From Lepidodermella squamata (Eukaryota > Animalia > Gastrotricha), in NCBI GenBank assembly GCA_047495785.1, contig JBLDXI010000055.1, positions 1,302,001 to 1,366,000 of the forward strand: a stretch of 64,000 nucleotides of DNA, in the 5' to 3' direction. The translations under genes were made by a program, and so were the position numbers. The notes under the pieces are model-generated. The model was not told where the DNA came from, did not search any database, and worked only from the letters and a program-made list of their open reading frames with translations. Shown here piece by piece: positions 35,685 through 47,340 of this stretch. The number at the start of each line of letters is the position of its first letter. Position 1 is the stretch's first letter.

Positions 35685-36870
35685 TTAATGGCGAATGGGA
35701 CGTATGTGGATTGTCAGCATACTTTTCCCTTGTTTAAATACTAATTTCTCTCCTAAAATCATCAATTCGTAAAAATCACAGCTGACGATGAAGAAGAAAA
35801 TCACAGATACCTGAATCGAGGCACATCATGAAGCTCAGGGTGTCCAAAAATTGCGACTTGATTGGGTGATAGTACGGTGTTGAGCCAGCAAAACTGATCA
35901 GGTTGTACTTTTGCTTGTTGGATGCGCCAGAAGACGCGGGAAAAACTCGCAGCAAAGGGACACTTTTATCACCGCAAATAACCGGCTCAATGAGGTCCGT
36001 GTAGCAATAAATCAGCGGAGTGTGGAAATGAATTTGCGGAATGAATTCAGAGTAGAGCGGCTGATCTTTGCGCGTGGATCGATAAGCAACCTCAGCGGCC
36101 AATGAGACCTCATCTGCCAAACTCCTCTGATAAAGATTCAGGGTTAATTTACCATCTTCGTCGGTCTGATATGTAGGTTTTTTCCCATTTGCCATTACCA
36201 ACTTTTTGCCATCTTTTCCGGCCAGTATAAATCGCAATAAATGACTGAAGAGGCTCAAATATTCCCGTTCATGTCTCTGCTGCCAATCTTCATCCCCACT
36301 AGACTCTTCATCTGGAGGGACGTTAATTAAAACGACAGCCTTTCCAAAACCAAGAATCTGCCCCGCAAATTCGGGAAGGTACAACCCGAAGCCGGGTTTT
36401 AGGTCAAAGCGAATGCGATCTTTGCCTTCCTCATAGGCCATGTTGATTTCAGCCCATTCAGGCATAGCAGAGAGCAAGTCATTGATGTAATCTGTCATTG
36501 TCTCGTAGATGCGACCACCCACATGGCACTCGGCAAACTCCAAAGGGTTGTTGTAAGGTGATTCCTCAAGAGTGCCACGGTCCAACCAAGAGGTTTTGAA
36601 AACGAAAAAAGTGGACTTTTTCAGCGAAACAACCTGCGATGGAGTGCAAACCTTGAGGAGGGCAGCTTCATGAGAGCCAACGCTCCCTAAATCTATTATC
36701 GGAAGGCGTAACAAGATGCAACACGATACGAGTTTATTCAACTTACCAATAATATGTGGAAGCTTGACTTTGAACTCTGCAGCAGTATTTTGAGGATACA
36801 AATCTGATGACGCATGAGATGGTAGAACTAGAATCAAGTCCTTGCCGTAGTAGCTATTGACTGACAGCAT
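35685..36870 (-). CDS. Minor capsid/penton protein (PX); 2 introns (36693-36746, 35753-35810); ~357 aa
   Basis: LVLPSHASSDLYPQNTAAEFKVKLP..EAAL; IYCYTDLIEPVICGDKSVPLLR; spliced end DSG/EKLVFKQGKSMLTIHIR. Confidence 0.88.
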
Positions 36871-37126
36871 TATTAGGTAGAGTAGGTACGGTTGGATATA
36901 GTAGATGGTGGACAACCAAGGTCAAAAGCAGTAAAACCAGAGTAAGAGCCAGGGCGAGTACTTGCTTTGATCGCGATGCTAATGATGAAGAGGATCTAGG
37001 TACGCTTGATAAACTCGGTGGTTGAAAAGCAGTTGCGGTTCTCGTTGCAAGGAGAAAAGGTCGAAGTTGCTGAGATCGACGATCAGTTGACGCAAGTTCG
37101 GGATTTGAAATGGATGACATTACCAT
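36854..37126 (-). CDS. Small single-pass membrane protein (putative)
   Basis: 90-aa ATG ORF filling the integrase-penton gap, with VLALALTLVLLLLTLVV; TATATAAA about 30 bp upstream. Confidence 0.5.
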   Translation of the reverse strand: MVMSSISNPELASTDRRSQQLRPFLLATRTATAFQPPSLSSVPRSSSSLASRSKQVLALALTLVLLLLTLVVHHLLYPTVPTLPNNAVSQ

Positions 37127-37141
37127 AAGGTGCGTGCGAAA

Positions 37142-38303
37142 TCACTTCTCTTTATATAACTTCTGGAGCTCATGCGTGTAGAAAACACGCTTCAGTTGCC
37201 CGGATTTATCGTTGGGGTCAGATGATACGCGGTAAGCCACCGTCGAGTGATCATTTTGAGGAAGAATTTCAGTCACATGGTAGATTCTGTCGCTAAAAGT
37301 CGGGTGTTTAATTCGGTTTTTGAAAATTTTCCGCTGTTGCAAGATCCGAACGCGATCTCCCAAATTGAATTTCACTCGTATTTGGCGAATCGTCTTGAAA
37401 GCGTTTCGATGAGCGACTAAATTGTCTGGGTGATCCTCATAAACAGTCATGAAACCGGGTTGCGAAAGCGCCACATTCAATTCAGGGTTAAGGTTCCATA
37501 ACTCATCAGGGCTAAAGCCGGTTGTTGAATTTGGGCAGCTATTGATTGCATCCAAAATGTCGTCAAGTTTATCGATGAAATTTTTAGTGTTATTAGCCAT
37601 CATATATCGAACCAATCGCATTCGAAGGTTCTTGATAAATGTCTCGATTGCACCCACCTTCTTGGGAGAATTAGTGAGGTAAAACCTGGCGCCGAGATCA
37701 GAAAAGTACTTTTGAACTTTCTTATCGCGAAACTCGGATCCTAATTAGATCAGAGATTTTAAATGGAGATTAAGACACTGCGGCAGACAGATGTTTTCTC
37801 TTACCTTTGTCAGTAATTACCTGATTAGGGATCAAGTCGATTTCGGACATGATACCTTTAATCGCACCAAGCACTATAGCAGCTGTTTTATTTTTCAACA
37901 CCCTCAACCAAGTTTTGCGGGTAAAAAGGTCCTTTATGCATAGGACATACTTCTTTCTCGCGTTGAAAAATTGATATTCCTTCGTAATTTCCATTAGGTC
38001 CCCAGCAAAGGTGGAACCCTTAGCATGTACCGCAACTCGCCTATAAAGCTTACGATTGCGCGTAGAAGCTTGCCGGAAAAGGCTATAAGCCGGTTGAGCC
38101 GATAGCCATTCTCGAACTGTTTTATAGGTAATGACCCGATTATTTGGATACCTGGCCTTTGCAGCTTCGTACAGAATTTTAATAGATCGAAATGAACTGG
38201 GCAAGTTAGCAGTATAATATAATGGATGTAAAAGCTCATCAAGAGTTACATAGTCCTCGTCAGAAAGCATGGCGATATTATTATTATTATTGTACATCGC
38301 CAT
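37142..38303 (-). CDS. Retroviral-like (rve) DDE integrase; 1 intron 37741-37804; ~365 aa
   Basis: LYY..P.SF, VREWL..Q.AYSL, FAGDL, IKDLFTR, TDKG/SEF, AIETF, FNLGDRVRI, FY.HELQ. Confidence 0.93.
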
Positions 38304-38320
38304 GCTCACAATTCAGTCCG

Positions 38321-41300
38321 TTAGCCCTTAATATAACCAAAGGGTACAGTTTCGAATGTTTCATAATCTGAAATGAAGCGTTTCATAAACTTGAATCGGA
38401 GTGTTTTTATCACATCTTGAATTGCAACCTTTGCATAGGGATGGCACTGAAATCGGCGCCAAACCTGCTGTTCCAACTTCAAACAAGCCTCGTCTGCGTT
38501 CTTGTCAGCATTGATAGAGTGAAGAAGTCGCATGAAACTGTCGTAGTTGACTTGCCTCTCGAGGGCAGGTTTCAGCTGGAAGCCTTTCATTCGAATTGTA
38601 GTTTGCTAGTACAATAATTAGATTAAGAATTGTTCGTTTAGTCAGAAGTTCAGGAGAGCTTACTCCGTTAGATTGTTGTATCAGATACGTCTTCGGTGCC
38701 AAACCAATAAATCTGATAAAGGTACATTTAACCTTGGATTTTGAATTCGTTATATTCATTCCTTACTTTGTGATGTAATCTCCCGATCCGATCTCATCTT
38801 TCCAGTTACCTATAATAGTTTAAGAATATTCATTCCGATTTTTTTTCATTTTTATTCTGAACGGTTCAATATATTTACCCAGACAGTCGCCTGTGTGCAG
38901 TGGCACGGCTGATCCCGGCTTTTCCACGTAAATGCAAGAGTCTAAAACATGAATGAAAGATCGACTCATGGTTGAATTTAGGGCACTTTGTTTCGGAATT
39001 CTCACCAGTATCAGTATACAACAAGGTTGCCTGGAGCCGATGGAGCTGTTTGAAGAGGTAAATTCTAGCAGCAGAAGTAACCATGGCTGCTAGAACAATG
39101 TTAGACACAGGTAACGAGGGTTGGAACTCTTCCAATTCAGTTGAATGAGTGATGCGTAACCGTTCTTTGGTTAGCATCCCATCACCATCATCTTCGAAGT
39201 CTTCACTCGGAGGCAATACGGCAATGTCATGAATTTTCATGCCAGGTCTTCGAAGTAGTCTCAACAACTCTGATGGTGTGTCGACACATGAAACTTGAAT
39301 TCCATCGGGTCTAAGACCCAGTTTTCCATAAGCTAAAATAAAAAGAGAGAGAGATGGAAGGTTATCAGAATTATTAGCCAACTAAACAATTCCAACCAGT
39401 GTTTAACAGCAATTTCCCAAGGGATCTCAGTGCTGAATTGGGGTTCTTCAGCTTGTCTTTATCCATCTTAAACCCGTACAGTTTTGAGCAAGTCTCAATG
39501 TAGTCATCAATGTCAGGCCCATCATAGCCGCTGGATTCGAGCTTGATCTTTAGAGTGAACAGGTAGTTCAAACAAAAGGTTAAATAAGCTACTGATTACT
39601 CACTTTTAGCCCAGCGTAAATGAACGAACGAAATATCATGTTGGATTTCTTCGGGTAGTGGTATGTCTCTATGAAGAGATGCCCACGATATATCATAGGG
39701 AAGATACAATTAAATTAGGAAAATTTAGTACCATAGAAGCGGACGATTTCGCATTGACCATAATCGAGCGCGAGCCTCAATTCTGAAGTTGTCACGTAAG
39801 CATGAAAGCATCGTTCTTCGTCATTGTGTACACATGCGACTTGAGCTCCCAGTTCCATACATGAACGGCAAGATCCGAATTTCAGGCAGCCTCTGGACGT
39901 TCTATACCCTAGAATTGGCAGGTAGACATCACGCTTGATTCGTACGAGGCAACTAGTAAGTCCAAAGCTTGGATCTTCTTTCGAAAAGAAGTGTGCTCGC
40001 AGATCAATGTCATTGTTTCGCATTGCCAAAACCTTCGGGCATGGCTTGCCGTAAGGAAAAAATACTTCCTCGTATCCGTCTTGCACCGATCCAAGCTTCG
40101 AGCTCAGCACAGCCGGGTACAGACTATTCACATCCAAATACCTTATCTTCTCCCCTGGTAATGTCTCGTAATGTAGCCTGAAAACCTGTGAACAGTCATT
40201 ATGACTGTTACTTGGTGGTCTTGCATAAAAGTTATTATTATTATTATACCTCGGTGCGTCCACCTGTGTAAAATTGCCGTGGCATAGCTCTGTCAACAAT
40301 AGTGAGTGTTCGCTCGATTTCGCCTGCTAAAACAGTGTCTTCAGCCATGATTCGCTTGGCTTCGCATCCCCATGTGACAGTTAGCTGATAGCCGGCGTCA
40401 ATTACCGCCTGATCTTTCGCCAGTGTCTCACGATACAACTCACCAAAGGTGACATTCCGGACCGGGTGTAGCTTATTCGTGCAGTCAGGATAGCATCGCA
40501 AACAACCGTGCCAATGATCACCATGATATTGAAATACTTCGCGAATGTGACCATTTTCATCCAGAACAACCCCGTCTGGTTTGAATCGATAGAATTTTGA
40601 AGTTTCTGGCAACTTGATGGTGACCTCGCCATTCGAATTTCCAGCATGCAGAATCCGCTTGTTACTTTTTTGTGATAAAAATTCGAACCAAATCACCGAT
40701 TCGCGGGAATAATTCGGTCTGAGAGGTTTACAGAATTCCCATCATGTTCATCAAAAGTAAAAATAATAAAAATGTACCCCGCGGAATAACCTGTATTTGG
40801 TACCAGGTGTATAGGCAGATTTTTATCCAGATAAAGAGTTCTCCAAATCAAATTTGATAGTGAAGCAAGAGTTCGCGACTCTTCAAAAGCAGAAATTTTT
40901 AAGGTGGAGGTTCATTCAAAAGGGACTTTTTATTAGGTTTACCTGCGATAGGGTCGATACCGTCGTCACAAGACCCCGGTATGGTTGTTATTTCACGGAT
41001 CAGCTCACGGAATTTGACTACACATTGCTGTAGCAATACGACATCGCTATGACAGTACGCAACAGTTTCCGATTTCAGGCTGAAATTAGATGAAGAATTC
41101 CGTGCGATATGTAGTTTCAATTCATCGATTTTCGCAGATGACATTTTTGACGTGTCATAGTCATTCAGTGTTGGGGCGTTGATTACGTCTTTCAACCAGT
41201 TTTCGGGCGTCAACAGGTTGTAGGGAAAAAATTGCTTCCCAGTAATGTCTTCATTTTGTAGGTCAAATGCTTTGAAAAGCGCTGCCAAACTCGTCATTGT

Positions 41301-43411
41301 TAGCAAGTAAAAGTCGCGAAATACAATGCTGCCTTCAACTTTGATCTCCATGACACTATTGTTGTGGTGGATAGTTTCAAATTGGTATTCATGTCTCTGC
41401 AGCCAAGCCATGATGAACATGTGATCGAAGCTTGTTATAGTAATAGTAGGGAAATAAATCTCAAAACTAAAGTGTTTTTCGAAATTAAAATTACCGAGCT
41501 CCATTGTGAGACAACAGGAAGAGACCTCTGAACTGCTCCTGAAGAATGTACCGCATTAGCTTGTTAACGCAAGAATTGTCACTTCCGTCAGAGACAAATG
41601 AGTGAGTGCGTGGATCATCATTAGTACAATTTGCGGGACATTTGTCAGAGCTCGGTAGGAATTTGCAAGATTCGCAAAAGAAATTGAGACAAACAACTAC
41701 AGGTATCAGGGTGCCATCGTTGCCTCGAATTGTCTCGAAATCAAACAACGCAAGCAACCTCGGCTTTACTTTCCCAATCCTACCAGGTTGAATAACGCAC
41801 TCGTGCGGTGCAGACTCGTCGCGTGGAGGCAAATCACCTTTACAGACACGGCAGTTTCGAATTTCACCTAAAAGATTAAATTTCACTGAGCATGCTTCGA
41901 ATTGCGCAACCACGTACATTTGTGCTTTTTTCGAGCTTTCGCCGGCAACGTTCTTCCACATTTGCTGCACATGAAGAAAGAATCGCAGATTGATTTTCCA
42001 GTAGTTGGGTTCACCTTGACATGAGCTTCATAGCACTGCTTTCCATGGTAATATAGTCCGCAAGAGCCACGACATATTATGTCCCGCTCTCGACTGCTTT
42101 TACAATCTGCCCCAACGGTTTGGCACCTATTGCACTTTCGACTGCATTTATGCGCTACGGAATTTTTCTTATGGAGCATGAAGCAGTATGGGCACATGAT
42201 TTTTCCGCCTGATATGTTAGAAATACCAGTTAGGCCGACGTAGTGTCCGACACTTTCGAACGACCCTACGCCTCCTTCGACATGTGAAGCAATAGTTTGA
42301 CTACTGATAAAACCAATGTAAATTTTTCGCTCGTCAGCTATTTCAACAGTTGCCGGAGGATGAATTGCGACAACCTGTTTCGTTTTGAAGTTGTAAATAA
42401 TCCCTGAGAAAATTAAATTCTTGAATTAGGGTCGAAATAGTATTCAGGTACCAGAATTTACCACGATACGGTAGCCCTATTGTTTCAACAGCTTTTTTAA
42501 AATCCGCGATGCCATAGCGATCTTTATTTCCATCAATACCAGCAGTCTCCATCAGCTGCTTAGCCAATTGCCCTTCGTATTCGAATGCTACTGCTCGCTC
42601 TTGGATTGCCAATGGTGTTAATGCATCGCGATCTTTCGAATAATAGGGACGCAATAGTTCGAAATTTCCGTGACGTTCATGACCAGCCCTCGGCTCATTA
42701 AAATCACGGTAAGCTAGAGCGTGAACAATGGCTCTGAATAGGCACAAGCGATCGTCATTGTCTATGAACAGAACCGATCTGTGAGACAGTATAAAATCGA
42801 CCAATGTCTGCTCTAAACGTCGCTTTTTCTTCGGCTGACCAGCCCCTAGGGCTAGTTCGTCTTCTTCCAATGCACTAGTCTTGATTCTGAAGACAGAAAA
42901 CGTCCAACCTTTTTAATATTAAAAATAGTAATAATTATTTTATTTGAATTTTCTGATTTTTTTAAATTAATTAATTACCCCCTTCCATTGTTGCGCACAG
43001 CCTAGATTGTAAAACCGAGTTGGCCTGGTTTAGAATCAGAGCTCCGGATAATTCCTTTACTTCAATATAAGAGGTTAAGAATGGGGTGTGCAGGGCTTCG
43101 TGGTGGCATTCAACTCGAACGTGATCTCTTCAAATTAATAATATTATTATTAACAGATTGCAATAAATTTTCATGGAAATAAATGGAAATTACCGATCTG
43201 GAAAAGTTGCCTTAATTTGCTGAGCTACAGACTCAAAACTGAGCTGAATCTTGGTCAGAAGTGCGACGATTTGATGGCCACCTTCATCGTCATCGTCTTC
43301 GGTTTCCCATCCCAATCCAGATTGTAAGGCATCCAAGTCCGTGATGGAATACTTATGGACCTCAATTCCGAATAGGTAAGAATAACAGTGATAGCCGAGG
43401 TCAGTCAACAT
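38321..43411 (-). CDS. Protein-primed family B DNA polymerase with terminal-protein/vOTU-like N-terminus and VSR-like insert; 16 exons, ~1389 aa
   Basis: Spliced motifs VLQS, NDDRLCLFRAI..GHYV, FDFET, HNGAR/FD, YCHSDV, YTGGRTE/V, DVNSLYP, KLLLNT/AYGK, YTDT/DS, APKTY, MKGF. 5091 bp minus 921 bp of introns gives 4170 bp, in frame. Confidence 0.93.
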
Positions 43412-43498
43412 AACTAGAATTATATCGATGAAATTGGGTAAATTATTCTTTATGAGAGGCCTGCATTTTTAAATACTCACTCGGTGCTGCTGCTGCTG

Positions 43499-43512
43499 TT
43501 TTGGCGCGGAAA
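43499..43512. promoter_or_regulatory. E2F-consensus site at the pPolB 5' end, with CCAAT boxes at ~43615-43670
   Basis: TTTTGGCGCGGAAA; ATTGG at 43615 and CCAAT at 43641 and ~43666. Confidence 0.5.
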
Positions 43513-43846
43513 TTGTTACTATTTAAGTGTGTAGGAAAACTACCGGTTAAGAAGTAGTGTACGACTACTACTGCAAAAGAAACTATACTAGTAATGCTAT
43601 ACATCTCTGCGCTCATTGGTTGGTTAGCACCCCTCGCACACCAATCATATCCACGAGCCGTGAGTCCAATTTTATTATTCAATGAACACGCGCACTGAAA
43701 AAAAATCTGCATTCCATTCTCAAAATGAACTCAAAGATGGGAGTATAAAAGTCATGATTTATTTTATTTAAAAAAATGGAACTTCAAGTGTTCGACCAGG
43801 TTAAAGCGCGAAATTCTACATGATTCTTATTATTACAATTTTTCGA

Positions 43847-43847
<1 letters not shown>

Positions 43848-43893
<46 letters not shown>
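43848..43893. repeat. (AAT)n microsatellite
   Basis: About 15 AAT units; other simple repeats in the element include (TGAA)n at ~29853-29890, (TAG)n at ~29949-29980 and (TAT)n at ~45123-45150. Confidence 0.9.
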
Positions 43894-44289
43894 GCAAGCG
43901 CTATGTTTAAAAATTTTTCAAAGAAAGAGAGAGAGAGACATCTATTTACATGCCAGCATGCATATAGTAATAATAATAATAATAACAATCGCTATATACA
44001 AAAAATTCGAAGTCGAATTCATTATTACAGTGTGGGTGTGTGTGTGTCCTCGATAGATAGAGATAGAGATAGAGTGAGATAGAGATAATGTAATAAATAT
44101 ATTGCATATTTTGTATGCTATATTTACAAAAAACTTCGAACCGAGTGAAGTGACAGCTTTCAGGTGGAGCTATTAGTGTAAGTAAATTAAGCATATATTT
44201 TGTTACCGTGATATGAATATTCACCAAGGCGTGGGGCGACGTATCTCCTCTTTTTCCACATTGACTGCTTCTGACTGCTTCTGCTGCGA

Positions 44290-44817
44290 CTATTCTTGAT
44301 TTTCGTCCAAGGCTTCGGCCAAGACCTCGTCCAGAACGGCTCGCGCTGTTGCTGCCTGTTGGGCTGCTTGCTGCGCTGCTACCTGTTGCTGCGCTGCTAC
44401 CTGTTGGGCTGCTGCTTGTTGCTGAGCTACTGCTGCTGCTGCCTGCTGGGCTGCTGCGTGCTGTGTCCGGGCAGCTGGCTCTACCTGGCTAATCATATCG
44501 TTGAGCAACCATTTCAGGGCGCAGCTTCGTTCATTCATCTCAACCAGTATGACCTGTTGGCCGAGTAGTACCTCGATGGCGGGACTCATTGTGTGGGGTA
44601 TCATCATTCTAACGCGTAATAAATTAGATTAGCCGACAGAAAATTCGTCAAAAGCTTACCTATGTTCCTCAAGATACTTGAGGTCCCGTTTTACTATGTC
44701 CACCTCTCTGGACATTACTTGCTTAAAGGCTTGCAGCATATTTATTAAACGCTGTGCATCGCGAGCAGCAGCACACAGTTCGTTGTAGGTAGCAATAGGG
44801 TTATATTGCTGATCCAT
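44290..44817 (-). CDS. Small coiled-coil Gln/Ala-rich accessory protein; 1 intron 44609-44659; 158 aa
   Basis: MDQQYNPIATYNELC..LKYLEEH/RMMIPH..AAQQ repeats; a GTAAG..TAG intron restores the frame. Confidence 0.65.
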
Positions 44818-45118
44818 AACAAGTTATTCTATAGAATTATTCTATAAATGTGAAAACTATAATGTGTAACCTCAGTCCGATAATATTTCCTGCACCCAAG
44901 TTTATTATACGATTGATGACGGGTCCGCATCAATAATTATATATGTCAAACTCCACTTTGGCTGACAGGTAGTTAGGTAAAATGGTGACTTTTGGCTAGC
45001 ATTATTTCAGGTTGCTGCATATAAATGTCGAAATCCACTTTCCGCAACAGGCAGGATGGCAGGACAGTGATTTTGGAACCATAATTTAGGGAGGTATAAG
45101 TCTTCATTACTCGTGTTG

Positions 45119-45152
<34 letters not shown>

Positions 45153-45413
45153 GCTATTTATATTATATTTATTGAGATTGTCATTCATACATTAAGGTCT
45201 ATTCAATTCATGTTTTATGGTTGTTCTGGCTACTACCTACTACTACTACTACTACTAGTTATGATTGCCAAAATAATTGTGAGTGCGTGGTGTCCACAAG
45301 CTCCGCCCACCTCGCATGCTATTGGCTGTGCGCGATTATAATATATAGAGTGAGTACGAAGTAAAAATAAAAAAATTAAGGTGGATTTGTTTTAACACAA
45401 AAAAATTGAAATT

Positions 45414-45977
45414 TTATTTTGAATTCGCCAAAGCGATAACAAGAAATTTTTCCACAGCCATATTTTGCATTTCAGATTTGGGATCGGTTATCCCTGTAAT
45501 ACAAAATCGACCTGATGAAAACAAATTAATACTAACTTTCTGGTCCATAATATTTTCGATTCGCAAAGCAGGAAACCGCGTCAAGTCGAGCTTTACTCGA
45601 GTGCTAATTGAAGATAATTCATTCAGGAGAGTTGTATTGAAGCTAATAGTCGTTGGTAGTTGACCAGTAACGGTACAATTACGAATTCGAAAGTTTTGAA
45701 ATTTGATCGAGTTATTGTTGCTCTGCAGCTGAAGTTTTCTCGCTAACCGCCGCCCGCATTTCAGAGCCAATTCTGGTTTCTTGGCTATAACAACAATGTT
45801 GCCTGTTTTGAAAATCAAGGCGGAATAGTATTTTTCCTTGATGATAACGGCATTCCTGAATCTCGGTGATATTTCTGCCATTCTGAAATACGTGATTATT
45901 TTACGCAGCTCGAGTTCAACACCGCCCAGGTTAAAAGTAGCAACAGTATTTCTGATAAAAACGTCGATATCAAACAT
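45414..45977 (-). CDS. TATA-binding protein (TBP)-like protein, intronless, 187 aa
   Basis: Two TBP repeats: IRNTVATFNLG..PRF.NAVI..SALIFKTGNIVV..A..RRLARKLQ..KFQNFRIRNCT..RFPAL..INLFSSGRFCITG. Confidence 0.85.
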   Translation of the reverse strand: MFDIDVFIRNTVATFNLGGVELELRKIITYFRMAEISPRFRNAVIIKEKYYSALIFKTGNIVVIAKKPELALKCGRRLARKLQLQSNNNSIKFQNFRIRNCTVTGQLPTTISFNTTLLNELSSISTRVKLDLTRFPALRIENIMDQKVSINLFSSGRFCITGITDPKSEMQNMAVEKFLVIALANSK

Positions 45978-46130
45978 TATTTGAGAACATTGCAAAATGA
46001 ATAGGAAAAAAATTAAAACTGGGTGGCGCGCGCGCCTTTTATTCTGAAAAAAATTTCAAGTCTTGACCACCGTTATTATTCTGCTTCATCATCATCATCA
46101 TCTGGAATTATACCGGCCGCCGCCGCCGCA

Positions 46131-46922
46131 TCAGCGCCATCTTTTTATTTTTGATGTTGTCTTGGTCGATTCAGCCTGACGCAAAATGCGATATTTCTCC
46201 CACTCGCACGTATGAACACGGTCGATGGGGCGTTGACCATGCAAATCGGCGTGATATACGTTTGCACGCATGTTGACCAGGTACAAAACCGAACTGGTTG
46301 AGCCAGTGGCTGCGGCTTCTAATAGCGGTGAAAGTAGCCATCTCGGCGACACGAAATTGATTTCAGCCCCGGCTTCTACCATTCGAGATAGCGAGCGGCT
46401 TGTCAGGTTTGGATTAGCCGCTGCCACTAGCAAGAGCGACGCTCGATCGTTTTCTCGCATGTAGATAGACCAGAATGGTTCAAGGGCACACTTCATATCC
46501 GGTTCGTGGTCTGAAATAATGATAATAATAATAATAATTTTATTAATTTTTCATTTATTTAATAATAACTGACGCATGAATAAGGAGACGATGTAATCTG
46601 TCACGTGATAATTTTGAAGAATTTCGAAGAGACTTTTCGTCGCGCCGAATTTAAAAGCTGCATATTCGACCCAATATGGTGTGAGGCTATCACCTGTGGG
46701 TCTATTCGCGAAAACAATCCGACTCGTTATAGCCGTAAAGCGGTTATCGTTAGGCCTTAGGTACCACTCTATTCGCTTCTCCAGGTGATATTTAACTACA
46801 TACCTCCCGGTTTCGAAATAAGCTGTGCACAAATGGCCGAGCTCATGATCATTATGAATACACGATAAAATGTTGTCAATAATATGGTGAAAATTCCAAG
46901 GGTGTTTGAAAATTTCCTCCAT
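46131..46922 (-). CDS. Ankyrin-repeat protein with an F-box-like N-terminus; 1 intron 46511-46573; 242 aa
   Basis: N-terminal P..FHHIIDNILSCI..EL..LC; ankyrin repeats MVEAGAEIN, SPLLEAAATG..SVLYLVNMRANV..DLHGQRPID. Confidence 0.7.
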
Positions 46923-47340
46923 TTCTTCGAATTATTAGCAATTCGCAATATTATAACAAGAATCGCATATATTACATGTCACGAAAGTAAAGCGCGCGAA
47001 ACCTGGCGGTTTTTTTTTATTCCCAGGGTTTGGTGAGCGGTGATCGTTTTGATGAGCGGTGACGTGTGTTGACGTGCCGCTCCTCTCTACCCGCGCTTAT
47101 AGTGCATTAACGCCAGTGTATAATGGAACTTTGACAGCAGCAGGAGCATTACAAATTATTGGTGTGCTTTCGCGCCATCTAAGTAACTTCATGCACTAAC
47201 AACACTTTGCAGTTGCAATACCTATATTACTCCTGCAAATTTTCGCAATTTATTACCAACCTCTTGATACTGTACTAGTACTACTACTACTTTGCGAGCA
47301 TTCAGCACGATCATCATCATCATCATCATTATTAGTATCG

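Noticed and set aside
38321-43411. Reading the fragmented pPolB ORFs as a decayed pseudogene
   Set aside because: Every break is bounded by GT..AG, and splicing restores the frame and the split catalytic motifs.
43443-44227. ORFs with poly-N, poly-Y or poly-I tracts
   Set aside because: Translations of microsatellites in a non-coding region.
44973-45188. 71-aa ORF inside the Polinton
   Set aside because: Largely a (TAT)n tract with no motif support.
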